A DNA stretch of 64,000 bases from a bacterium. Lineage in GTDB: Bacteria > Patescibacteriota > Minisyncoccia > Phycocordibacterales > UBA9973. This document shows positions 30,156 to 39,226 of the stretch, piece after piece. The position numbers and the translations under genes are program-made. The stretch covers positions 16,892-80,891 of the forward strand of contig JBAWZD010000001.1 in assembly GCA_037143195.1 (NCBI GenBank), in the 5' to 3' direction. Numbering within the stretch: the stretch's first letter is position 1; each line of letters begins with the position of its first letter. The notes below the pieces were generated by a model that was not told the DNA's origin, made no database searches, and was given only the letters and a program-made list of their open reading frames with translations.

Positions 30156-31958
30156 ATGGAACAGAGCATTAAAATCAAAAAACTTGAAAAAGAAAAAGAC
30201 ATTGCTGGTCTCGAGACTCTTGCTGAGGAGGCAGACGTTGGTTATGAGCCTGGTATTGCTTCCGATGCGAGAGAAACAATCGAACGGGTGAAGCAGGAGA
30301 ACGATCGCTTGGAACAAGAAAGAATAGCTGAAATTGAGCGTGTAGAGCAAGAAAAAATTGATGCGATTAACCGCTTGGAAAAAGAAAAAAAAGATGCTCA
30401 GGAAGGTTCTGAGTATCTTGATAGTGTGTTGAGTCTTCACGGAACAACTCAAGAGGCCGAGGAGCGTACGGTGAATGTAAATTCAAAGATAGTAGAAGTT
30501 GAAAAGACAGCAGTAGAAAAAATCAAAGAATTAGCAGAAAAGAAAGACGTCGAGGGGATTAAAGCAATACGAGACATGAGCACAGCTCTGTATGATGGTG
30601 AGGCTGTTGGTGAGGCTGAAAAGAATCTTTCGACGAACACAGTGACTCAACAAGCATCATTCGAAATAAAAAAATTTAAATTTAAAAAAAAGAAGGATAC
30701 ATATGATCGTATCGGGGAAGACTTGAAAGTTTTTAGTAAAAAACATGATTCAGGTTTAAAATTCACAATCAGGAAAGACGAACTTCATTCTGAGGATTTC
30801 ATTAAGATACTCAAGCGATATGCTTCAGAGGTTGAAAACGAGGGTGAAGCCGATGAATCATATTTAATTACTCCACTTGAACAAGAAAATATTGCGAAGG
30901 CGTATAATAAGCTTAATGAGCAGAAACAAAGTGCTAAAGAGAGAACAACACAGAGCATGGGTGCCATTGAGGGGCATGAAAGTATAAATGTCATTCGGAA
31001 TATTTCGAATGAAGAGTTTGCTCAGAATTATTTACCGAAGTTTATCCAATTAGCATTTGCTGGAAACAAGAGTTTCCAAATTCCCGAAAATTCATTTACG
31101 CTATCACCAACGAATAAAATTCGCAATGGTCTTGTTGGTAATTTAAAATTTCAAGTGAAAGGCACGAGTGGTCTGGTGGACGCCGAAATTCAGAATTTAA
31201 AGATTAAGTCAGAAAACGGAAACATAAGTATCGACCCGAACTCATTTGATTTTGTTCTTCCAGAAGAAATAAAAGGAGCTCGCGAGTTTGTCAAAAATGC
31301 ATTAGGGGGTTTTGCGAACATTTTCAGCAAAGATCTTTCAAGCTATTCGCTCCCAACTATTAAGAAAGTTCATTTTGCTGGAGATAGGGTGAGAATTGAG
31401 AGTACAACTCTCGATGAGGTTCCAGATAGTGAATTTGTACAACATACGAAAGGCGATTCCGAGGATCATCATACTCCGAAACATGATGCTCACGGATCTC
31501 ATGACTCACATGGTGGGCACCACGATACTCACGGACCCGGACATGCAGAACACCATGGTGGGGAGAAAAAGGAACTGCAAGTCAGAATCCAAGAGTGGTG
31601 GGACAAAAAATTTCCTCAAAAAGATCGCGCTTCGGTCGTGAATGAACCAAATAAAAAAAGTTTTTCATTGAAAAACTTTCTTGATATCAAATCAAAAGAG
31701 GAACGGGCTCAAGGAAAATACGAGGTTGAAAAAGATCAAATCGTTACCGCACTTTATCGAGCAGAAAATAGATTTGTCGAAACAGAGAGAGTTCTCGAAA
31801 ATTCTGGTGGTGCACAAAGCGAACCACAGCTAGCATTGGCACTAGAAAAAATAATTGAAGGTGCGTTAAGTACGTATCTTCGACTTCGACCAGAAGATCG
31901 TGACCCGAGACTTTTAGGAGTACTTGCCCAATTTTTGCCTCCGCAAAATCATAGCTAG
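30156..31958 (+). CDS. Hypothetical 600-aa coiled-coil protein with a His-rich segment
   Basis: Acidic coiled-coil N-terminus (EQERIAEIERVEQEKIDAINRLEKEKK). A His-rich stretch HHTPKHDAHGSHDSHGGHHDTHGPGHAEHHGGE. No TM helix or known domain recognised. Confidence 0.6.
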   Translation: MEQSIKIKKLEKEKDIAGLETLAEEADVGYEPGIASDARETIERVKQENDRLEQERIAEIERVEQEKIDAINRLEKEKKDAQEGSEYLDSVLSLHGTTQEAEERTVNVNSKIVEVEKTAVEKIKELAEKKDVEGIKAIRDMSTALYDGEAVGEAEKNLSTNTVTQQASFEIKKFKFKKKKDTYDRIGEDLKVFSKKHDSGLKFTIRKDELHSEDFIKILKRYASEVENEGEADESYLITPLEQENIAKAYNKLNEQKQSAKERTTQSMGAIEGHESINVIRNISNEEFAQNYLPKFIQLAFAGNKSFQIPENSFTLSPTNKIRNGLVGNLKFQVKGTSGLVDAEIQNLKIKSENGNISIDPNSFDFVLPEEIKGAREFVKNALGGFANIFSKDLSSYSLPTIKKVHFAGDRVRIESTTLDEVPDSEFVQHTKGDSEDHHTPKHDAHGSHDSHGGHHDTHGPGHAEHHGGEKKELQVRIQEWWDKKFPQKDRASVVNEPNKKSFSLKNFLDIKSKEERAQGKYEVEKDQIVTALYRAENRFVETERVLENSGGAQSEPQLALALEKIIEGALSTYLRLRPEDRDPRLLGVLAQFLPPQNHS

Positions 31959-31977
31959 TGAAACGAATTAATAAATC

Positions 31978-32006
31978 AAAAACCGGCATCATATGCCGGT
32001 TTTTGA
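31978..32006. terminator. Intrinsic terminator hairpin ccggcat/atgccgg with T5 on the + strand and A5 on the - strand
   Basis: Read directly. Separates the + strand gene from the minus-strand tRNA-Thr. Confidence 0.7.
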
Positions 32007-32019
32007 TTTGGGTATTGTC

Positions 32020-32095
32020 TGGAGCCGCTTCTCGGACTTGAACCGAGGACCCACGCTTTACAAAAGCGTTGCTCTACCAACTGAGCTAAAGCGGC
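32020..32095 (-). tRNA. tRNA-Thr (anticodon TGT), CCA encoded
   Basis: The reverse complement folds as a cloverleaf: GCCGCTT acceptor, D-arm GCTCAGTTGGTAGAGC, anticodon loop TTTGTAA, T-arm CTCGGTTCAAGTCCGAG, 3' CCA. Confidence 0.85.
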
Positions 32096-32128
32096 TTGGT
32101 CGGTCGCGTGAGCGACCGAATCATCCTA

Positions 32129-32548
32129 CTATATTTCTTCTTTTTTTGCTAGTCCCATGTCGCCACTTTCTTTACGAATCGCATCGGTTACTTTGTCCTT
32201 GTGAGCACGGATGTTTTTGAGAAATCCGGACGGTCGTCCTCCTTGTGTAAGGTGACCATTCTTTGTGATGAGGCGGTTGAGGCGAGCCTTTACTTTGCCA
32301 TCAGTGTTGCGTACCCATGTTGAGATGAGAATCCAAACCTTGAGTGCCATGAGGACGAAGTGGTGCACGGCAAACTTGGCAAGGTCGACGAGACGCATAC
32401 GAATGCTCTCGATTGAGAGGTCGTGCCAATCTGCCGCTTCATATGACTCAGGAAGGATCTTACCTGTACGAAAGAGCCAAATCTTGTGCCCGATGAGCGC
32501 AAACGCGACTATGACTGAAAGGAAAAAGAGAATAATAGTGAATAGCAT
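32129..32548 (-). CDS. Hypothetical membrane-anchored protein (139 aa)
   Basis: N-terminal TM helix (FTIILFFLSVIVAFALIG), then a charged soluble part. Sits downstream of tsf on the same strand. Confidence 0.5.
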   Translation of the reverse strand: MLFTIILFFLSVIVAFALIGHKIWLFRTGKILPESYEAADWHDLSIESIRMRLVDLAKFAVHHFVLMALKVWILISTWVRNTDGKVKARLNRLITKNGHLTQGGRPSGFLKNIRAHKDKVTDAIRKESGDMGLAKKEEI

Positions 32549-32569
32549 GTGAGTATTGTACCGCGTCTC

Positions 32570-33346
32570 TTACGCAGTTGCTACACGAACGAATCCGACG
32601 AGGGTCGCACTATTCGCTGCAAGAAGCTTCTCGATAGTCTGGTCAGGATTCTTGATGAATGGCTGATCGACTAGTGTTCGCTCTTTGAAGAATGTATCGA
32701 GTTTACCGGCAAGCATCTTTTCTTGGATATCTGCTGGTTTGCCTGACTTCGCAACTTCTTCGGCGAAGAGTGCTTTGACATTTGTCTTTGCTTCTTCTGG
32801 AACATCGGCGCGAGTCTTGTACTCAGGATTCATCGCAGCAACATGCATTGCGATATCCTTTGCGACTTCTTGGTTGCCTCCCGAGAGACCAACCATTGTA
32901 CCGACGCGTCCATCGTGAACGTAGACACCGACGACAGGAGCCTCCATAACGACGATTTCTCCGAGCTGGAGGTTCTCACCGAGTTTCTGGATACCTGCTG
33001 AGATGAGCTCAGGTGCCATTGCTTCAGCAGCTGCTTTGCCCTGTTCGAGTGCTGCACTTGCGAGTGTTGTTGCGATTGCAACGAAGTCTGCGTTTTTTGC
33101 AACGAAGTCTGTCTCACAGCGGAGTGTCAAAAGGAGAGCGAAGCCATTCTTTTCTGCTTTGACGATAACGCCAGCAGTTGCTTCACGGTCAGACTTTTTG
33201 GCTGCAATTTCTGTTGATTTCTTTTTGAGGATGAGGAGCGCTTTTTCCATGTCTCCGCCTGCCTCTTCAAGTGCCTTCTTGCACTGCATAACTGAAACGC
33301 CCGTCTTGTCTCGCAATTCTTTGACCTGTTCCGTTGTGATAGCCAT
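32570..33346 (-). CDS. tsf: Elongation factor Ts
   Basis: UBA-like N-terminus (VKELRDKTGVSVMQCKKALEEAGGDMEKA) and a dimerisation core. Confidence 0.9.
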   Translation of the reverse strand: MAITTEQVKELRDKTGVSVMQCKKALEEAGGDMEKALLILKKKSTEIAAKKSDREATAGVIVKAEKNGFALLLTLRCETDFVAKNADFVAIATTLASAALEQGKAAAEAMAPELISAGIQKLGENLQLGEIVVMEAPVVGVYVHDGRVGTMVGLSGGNQEVAKDIAMHVAAMNPEYKTRADVPEEAKTNVKALFAEEVAKSGKPADIQEKMLAGKLDTFFKERTLVDQPFIKNPDQTIEKLLAANSATLVGFVRVATA

Positions 33347-33364
33347 AGATATAGTTTTTGTTAA

Positions 33365-34060
33365 TTACTGCTTGTAAGCATCGGCAAGGTGTTTGACGAT
33401 GAATTCGATTGCTGCACGTGATGCATCGTTGGCAAGGATTGGGTAGGTGATTGTTGTGAGGTCACAGTCGGTACTACCGAGTGCGATGACTGGGATACCG
33501 AGACGCTGTGCTTCAAGAACTGCGATCTCTTCTTTCTTTGGGTCGACGATGAAGAGTGCATCTGGAAGTCCTTTGAGAGAAACGATACCACTGAAGAGTT
33601 CTTCCATTTTCGCAACTTCACGCGCGATGAGGAGCTGTTCTTTCTTGGTGTATTTCTTCTGAAGGTCTCCGGAGATTTTGGCTGCGCGGAGTTCTTCGAG
33701 ACGAGTGAGACGCTTTTTGATCTCAGGGAAGTTGGTAAGGATACCTCCAACCCAGCGACTCGTAACGAATGGAAGATCGAGACTTTCTGCGGCTGTGCGA
33801 GTAGCGTCTTTTGCTTCTGGCTTTGTACCGACGAAGATAACAGTCTTGCCTTTCTGGCCGAGTGTCTTCATATACTCAGTCGCTTTCTGGAGCATGACTT
33901 CTGTCTGTTCGATATCAATGATGTCGACCTTGTTTTTTGTGCCGAACAAATGTCGGGCAACTGATGGGTGACGGCGAGTTCGGGAATATCCGAAGTGAGC
34001 GCCGACACTAAAGAGCTCCTTGAGGAGCGGGGATGCACTGGTGTTCTCTGACATATACAC
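33365..34060 (-). CDS. rpsB: 30S ribosomal protein S2
   Basis: S2 signature (LLKELFSVGAHFGYSRTRRHPS). Forms the conserved rpsB-tsf pair. Confidence 0.9.
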   Translation of the reverse strand: MYMSENTSASPLLKELFSVGAHFGYSRTRRHPSVARHLFGTKNKVDIIDIEQTEVMLQKATEYMKTLGQKGKTVIFVGTKPEAKDATRTAAESLDLPFVTSRWVGGILTNFPEIKKRLTRLEELRAAKISGDLQKKYTKKEQLLIAREVAKMEELFSGIVSLKGLPDALFIVDPKKEEIAVLEAQRLGIPVIALGSTDCDLTTITYPILANDASRAAIEFIVKHLADAYKQ

Positions 34061-34265
34061 AATAGCTTGGTTTCTCGGTCAGTGACCGGAAGACCTTAAT
34101 TATAAAGCCGAGCTACGCTCGGCGCGATCCGTTTTTAAGCATTTCAGCTTGGCATTTCTGCCGATACAGGGAAGGTGACTAGTGTCGGGACTCCCCACGG
34201 AAAGCCCGATTACTATAGCAGAAAAATTGGTTTTGGGCAAATGATTCGCGAGGGTACAAGTTCAT

Positions 34266-34294
34266 TTGTAAAAGGCACTTTTTTCCTGTAGTAT
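34266..34294 (+). promoter_or_regulatory. Candidate sigma70 promoter TTGTAA-17 nt-TAGTAT for proS
   Basis: Hexamers at 34266-34271 and 34289-34294, about 28 nt upstream of the proS ATG. Confidence 0.4.
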
Positions 34295-34321
34295 CCGTAT
34301 ATAACATAATCTAAAAACCAG

Positions 34322-35779
34322 ATGGCAAATCCTCAAAATCAATCAACTGAAGAGTCGTTCCACATCACTCCTCGCGCAGAGGATTATTCTGCTTGGTATC
34401 TCGATATCATTCGCGCAGCTGGTCTTGCCGAACATGGTCCAGCAAAAGGAACGATGGTTATCAAACCCTACGGTTACGCTATTTGGGAAAAGGTACAAAA
34501 TGTTTTGAATGCAAAATTCAAAGAATCAAATGTTGAGAATGCGTATTTCCCGATGCTCATTCCTGAAAGTTTGCTCAAGCGTGAAGCTGACCATATTGAA
34601 GGTTTCGCTCCAGAAGTTGCTGTTGTGACTCATGCTGGTGGCAAAGATTTGGAAGAACGACTTATCATCCGACCAACATCGGAAACAATTATGTATGAAG
34701 TGTTTTCAAATTGGATTCATTCATATCGTGATTTGCCACTTTTGATAAATCAATGGGCCAATGTTGTGCGTTGGGAAATGCGTCCACGACTTTTTTTGCG
34801 TACAACAGAATTCTTGTGGCAAGAAGGGCATACGGTGCATGCGAGCGAGGCGCTTGCCGACGAGCGAGCCCGCATGATGCTTGAGGTGTATCGAGATTTC
34901 GCTGAAACGTACATGGCCATCCCTGTTATTCCTGGACAGAAGTCTGATTCAGAAAAATTCGCTGGAGCACTCCGCACCTATACATGTGAAGCCATGATGC
35001 AAGATGGCAAAGCGCTTCAGTTTGCAACGTCACATAATCTTGGAGATCATTTTGCGAAAGCATTTCATATTCAATTCCTCGACGAGAACAATGAACAGCA
35101 GTTTGGTTGGCAAACGAGTTGGGGTCTTTCGACACGTTCTATTGGTGGACTTATCATGACTCACAGTGACGACAAGGGTCTCGTGCTTCCCCCAAAGATG
35201 GCTTCGATTCAAGCAGTGCTTGTGCCTATTCTCATTGGCAAAGATGTTGATGCTGATGTGCTCGCAAAAATAAAAGAACTCGATACTCAAATTCGTGCGC
35301 TTTCAATCAGTACAAAAATCGACGACCGCGCAATGCGTCCTGGAGAAAAATTCTATGAATGGGAACGTAAGGGCGTACCTGTTCGTGTTGAGTTCGGACC
35401 AAAAGATCTCACCGCGAATCATGCCGTACTTGTGCGTCGCGATACCGGCGAAAAAGAAACAGTCACGCTCAGTGACGTTCCTGAACGTATCGGTCAGCTT
35501 CTTGAAACGATTCAAAAATCTTTGTATGAACGCGCTGTGCAACTCCGAACGAGTAAAACAAAGACACTCGACAATTGGGATGAATTTAAACAAGCGATCG
35601 AAGAAGGTAATTTTGTCCTTGGACACTGGGATGGCACACGCGAAACAGAAGCACTCATCAAAGAAGAAACTGGAGCGACGATTCGCTGCATTCCGTTTGA
35701 TTCAAAGGAAGAAATTGGTATGTGTATTAAGACGGGCAAACCATCAAAGCGTCGCGTAATTTTTGCGAAGGCATATTAA
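34322..35779 (+). CDS. proS: Prolyl-tRNA synthetase (archaeal/eukaryote-like class II form without the bacterial editing insertion)
   Basis: Class II motifs and ProRS-specific blocks (RPTSETIMYEVF, FLRTTEFLWQEGHT). At 485 aa it is the short ProRS form. Confidence 0.85.
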   Translation: MANPQNQSTEESFHITPRAEDYSAWYLDIIRAAGLAEHGPAKGTMVIKPYGYAIWEKVQNVLNAKFKESNVENAYFPMLIPESLLKREADHIEGFAPEVAVVTHAGGKDLEERLIIRPTSETIMYEVFSNWIHSYRDLPLLINQWANVVRWEMRPRLFLRTTEFLWQEGHTVHASEALADERARMMLEVYRDFAETYMAIPVIPGQKSDSEKFAGALRTYTCEAMMQDGKALQFATSHNLGDHFAKAFHIQFLDENNEQQFGWQTSWGLSTRSIGGLIMTHSDDKGLVLPPKMASIQAVLVPILIGKDVDADVLAKIKELDTQIRALSISTKIDDRAMRPGEKFYEWERKGVPVRVEFGPKDLTANHAVLVRRDTGEKETVTLSDVPERIGQLLETIQKSLYERAVQLRTSKTKTLDNWDEFKQAIEEGNFVLGHWDGTRETEALIKEETGATIRCIPFDSKEEIGMCIKTGKPSKRRVIFAKAY

Positions 35780-35785
35780 AGGTAT

Positions 35786-36832
35786 ATGTTTGAACGGGTA
35801 TACAACGCATTTTCAAACGACATCGGTATCGACCTCGGTACTGCGAATACGCTCGTGTACCTCAAGGGGCATGGGATTGTGATTAATGAACCTTCTGTGG
35901 TGGCGGTGAATCAAAAGACTGGACGTATTGTGGCTGTCGGTACTGAGGCCAAGAACATGCTCGGACGAACTCCAGGGCATATTCGTGCTGTGCGACCGAT
36001 CATCGATGGCGTGATTTCTGATTTTGAAGTGACTGAGGAGATGCTTTCGTATTTGATTGCGAAGGCCGAAAAAATTTCGAAGAAATTTTTTCGGCCCCGT
36101 GTCGTCATCGGTGTTCCATCAGGAATCACCAACGTTGAAATTCGCGCCGTCTATGACGCTGCAAAATCTGCTGGGGCGCGTGAAGTATTCATCATCGAAG
36201 AACCAATGGCAGCAGCAATCGGTATTCGTCTTCCTGTCAAAGAACCAGTCGGTTCAATGATTGTCGATATCGGTGGAGGTACGACAGACATCGCCATCAT
36301 TTCTCTTGGAGGAATCGTGCGGAGCAAGAATTCAAAAGTAGCGGGCGACAGACTCAACTCAGATATTTCTTCATACCTTCGCGATGAATTCAAATTGCTC
36401 ATCGGCGAAAAGACTGCTGAAAATGTGAAGATAGCAATTGCGAGCGCAACTGAAGGCAAATTTCAAGAAGCGCAAGTGCGTGGACGTGACCTCGTTACGG
36501 GACTTCCTCGTGAGGTTATTATTACCGACAGTGATATTCGCGAAGCGATTGCGCCAGCGGTCAACGAACTTGTTGATGGAATCAAAGAAGTACTCGAAAC
36601 AACACCACCTGAAATTCTTTCTGATGTAATGAATCGCGGTATCGTCCTCTCTGGTGGCGGAGCACTTTTGACTGGTCTCGATACATTGCTCGAAGGGGTA
36701 CTCAAGATTCCTATTTTTGTGGCCGAAGATCCGCTCACGGCGGTGGCGCGTGGTGCAGGTGTCGTGCTTGATGCTGTGGATGAATATGAAGAACAGCTTG
36801 TCAGCTCGACAAACGATCTGCCTCCACGATAG
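35786..36832 (+). CDS. mreB: Rod shape-determining protein MreB
   Basis: Actin-fold phosphate motifs (IGIDLGTANT, DIGGGTTDIA, LSGGGALL). Confidence 0.9.
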   Translation: MFERVYNAFSNDIGIDLGTANTLVYLKGHGIVINEPSVVAVNQKTGRIVAVGTEAKNMLGRTPGHIRAVRPIIDGVISDFEVTEEMLSYLIAKAEKISKKFFRPRVVIGVPSGITNVEIRAVYDAAKSAGAREVFIIEEPMAAAIGIRLPVKEPVGSMIVDIGGGTTDIAIISLGGIVRSKNSKVAGDRLNSDISSYLRDEFKLLIGEKTAENVKIAIASATEGKFQEAQVRGRDLVTGLPREVIITDSDIREAIAPAVNELVDGIKEVLETTPPEILSDVMNRGIVLSGGGALLTGLDTLLEGVLKIPIFVAEDPLTAVARGAGVVLDAVDEYEEQLVSSTNDLPPR

Positions 36833-36873
36833 TCGAGTATCCGCTCGCGCACCTTTTGTGCTATTCTAGAAAA

Positions 36874-37668
36874 ATGATTCCGCGTCAGCGACAATTTGCT
36901 CCAACACATACCAAAACACGCCAATTGCGTGTCGTTGGCGCAGCTCTTTTCCTTGTTATTATTTTTGCTATTCCGACGATTCGCTCGGGCATGCGTCGAG
37001 GAGTGAGTGCTGTCGGCATTACGATTGCTCGGGGCACACACGCCGTGGGTGGTTGGCTTGTCGATATCCGCACAACTGTGGTTTCAAAAAATTCGCTCGC
37101 GACTGAAAACGCCGTACTTAAAACACAGGTTGCTGAATTGACGGCACGACTCGCAAGTAGTGATCAGGTCGCACGAGAAAATGCGAACTTGAAATCTGCG
37201 ATGGGAAGAAGTGAAGCAAATCATTTTACGCTTGCGACCGTGATTGAAAAACCACCACATTCTTTGTATGACACGCTCGTCATTGATGGAGGAAGCTCCG
37301 TTGGTCTCGCTGTAGGACAGAGTGTGTATGCCAATGGAGAAACACCAATCGGTTCGATTGCACAAGTATTACCAAGTACGGCAATCGTTAAACTCTATTC
37401 TGCTCCAGGTGAAGAAACGGAAGCACGATTGATGCCTTCAAATATAGATGTGACACTTGTTGGAAAAGGTGGTGGCAATTTTTCAACGACGATTCCGCAC
37501 GATGTTGCAGTATCTGAGGGGACGACAGTGATGACCAAAGAAACGAATGCAAGTACGATTGCGGTATTTCAAAAAGTAGTTTCAGATGCACGAGATTCAT
37601 TTCAAACGATCTTGCTTGGTGCACCGCTCAATATGTACGAATTGAATTTCGTCGAAGTACGACAATAA
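36874..37668 (+). CDS. mreC: Rod shape-determining protein MreC
   Basis: N-terminal TM helix, a coiled-coil (ENAVLKTQVAELTARL) and a beta-rich C-terminus. The ATG at 36874 is preferred over the TTG at 36856. Confidence 0.7.
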   Translation: MIPRQRQFAPTHTKTRQLRVVGAALFLVIIFAIPTIRSGMRRGVSAVGITIARGTHAVGGWLVDIRTTVVSKNSLATENAVLKTQVAELTARLASSDQVARENANLKSAMGRSEANHFTLATVIEKPPHSLYDTLVIDGGSSVGLAVGQSVYANGETPIGSIAQVLPSTAIVKLYSAPGEETEARLMPSNIDVTLVGKGGGNFSTTIPHDVAVSEGTTVMTKETNASTIAVFQKVVSDARDSFQTILLGAPLNMYELNFVEVRQ

Positions 37669-37672
37669 TTTT

Positions 37673-38902
37673 GTGAAGCCAATCAAATTTACGATTACGA
37701 AAAAAATAGACAACGCGCTTGGACGTGCGGGTGTTCTCGTGACGCCTCATGGAACAGTGCACACGCCCGCGTTTGTGTCTGTTGGAACGAAAGCAACCGT
37801 CAAAGGAATGACGCCGGAAATGCTCAAAGATATGGGTGGACAAATCACACTCTGTAATACGTATCATTTGTACTTGCAACCGGGTGATGAATTGATTGCG
37901 CGTGCGGGCGGACTCCATACATTTATGGGGTGGCATGGACCGATGATGACGGACTCGGGAGGATTTCAAGTATTTTCACTGGGTGCTGCATATGGCAAAG
38001 GAATTTCAAAAGTGCTCCATCCTGTCGAGCCATCGCAACAAATCCCTGAACGTTCAAGTGCTGATGACGGCGTACCTCGCCTCGCGACGGTCGGCAATGA
38101 CGGCGTTTCGTTTCGTTCCCACATTGATGGAAGCTTGCATTACATCACTCCTGAAAAGTCGATGGAGATCCAACACAATCTTGGGGCTGATCTTATTTTT
38201 GCATTCGATGAATGCACCTCACCAACAGAAGAACGCAGATATCAAGAAGAGGCACTGATGCGCACACACGCGTGGGCGAAACGAAGTTTGGAATATCATC
38301 ATGCGCGACCGAATGCTGAGCGACAGGCACTACTTGGTATTGTGCAGGGTGGGCGAGATGAGGAGTTGCGCCGCCGGTCGGCTCGTGAAATAGCGGCGAT
38401 GCGCTCGACCGGCGGCGCCGAATTCGACGGCTTTGGCATCGGAGGATCATTTGAAAAAGACGACCTTCACAGCGCTGTGCAGTGGGTCAACGAAGAATTG
38501 CCCGAAGACAAACCTCGTCACTTGCTCGGTATTGGTGAACCTGAAGATCTGTTTATGGGCGTTGAGAATGGTGTTGATCTCTTTGACTGTGTCGCTCCAA
38601 CACGCAATGCTCGATCGACTGGTACGCTCTATACCAAAGAAGGACGCATGCGCATCATGAACACAAAGTATCGCGAAGATTTCACTCCAATCGAAAGTGA
38701 TTGCGGATGCTACACGTGCACGCATTTCACTCGCGCGTATCTCGCACATCTTTTTCATGCCAAAGAAATGCTCGGCAGTATGCTTGCAAGCGTGCACAAT
38801 TTGTATTTCCTCACACACCTTGTCGACCAAATGCGCGAGGCAATCATTGCAGGAACTTTTTATGAACTCAAAGAATCGTTCATGAAAACATATACAAAAT
38901 AA
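37673..38902 (+). CDS. tgt: Queuine tRNA-ribosyltransferase (GTG start)
   Basis: TGT motifs (TPAFVSVGTKATVKG, LCNTYHL, DSGGFQVFSL) and a C-terminal zinc site (CGCYTCTHFTRAYLAHL). Confidence 0.9.
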   Translation: MKPIKFTITKKIDNALGRAGVLVTPHGTVHTPAFVSVGTKATVKGMTPEMLKDMGGQITLCNTYHLYLQPGDELIARAGGLHTFMGWHGPMMTDSGGFQVFSLGAAYGKGISKVLHPVEPSQQIPERSSADDGVPRLATVGNDGVSFRSHIDGSLHYITPEKSMEIQHNLGADLIFAFDECTSPTEERRYQEEALMRTHAWAKRSLEYHHARPNAERQALLGIVQGGRDEELRRRSAREIAAMRSTGGAEFDGFGIGGSFEKDDLHSAVQWVNEELPEDKPRHLLGIGEPEDLFMGVENGVDLFDCVAPTRNARSTGTLYTKEGRMRIMNTKYREDFTPIESDCGCYTCTHFTRAYLAHLFHAKEMLGSMLASVHNLYFLTHLVDQMREAIIAGTFYELKESFMKTYTK

Positions 38903-38903
38903 T

Positions 38904-39218
38904 ATGGATATCGAAAAAGGATTTTATTATCACTACAAACACGATCCGTCGGGGGAGATAAACAACTTTGCCTATGAAGTGATGGGGATTGCACATCACT
39001 CAGAAATTGCAGGTCTTGATGAAAGCGCGATGGTCATGTATCGACCCCTCTACTATGCTCCGATATATCAAGCAGGGAAGCATTGGAATGTCCGACCGCG
39101 CGCAATGTTCACCGAAATGGTGACCAAAAATGACGTGAACAAACCACGATTTCAAAAAATTACAGACAGCATGATACTCGATGAACTTGAGAAAATTCGT
39201 GATGCCATGTATAACTAA
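38904..39218 (+). CDS. DUF1653-family small protein
   Basis: YYHYKHDP...YEVMGIAHHSE...MVMYRPLY...W.RP..MF pattern typical of DUF1653. Confidence 0.6.
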   Translation: MDIEKGFYYHYKHDPSGEINNFAYEVMGIAHHSEIAGLDESAMVMYRPLYYAPIYQAGKHWNVRPRAMFTEMVTKNDVNKPRFQKITDSMILDELEKIRDAMYN

Positions 39219-39226
39219 CAGCTACG

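Noticed and set aside
36463-37041. 192-aa minus-strand ORF spanning the mreB/mreC junction
   Set aside because: Overlaps two well-supported plus-strand genes.
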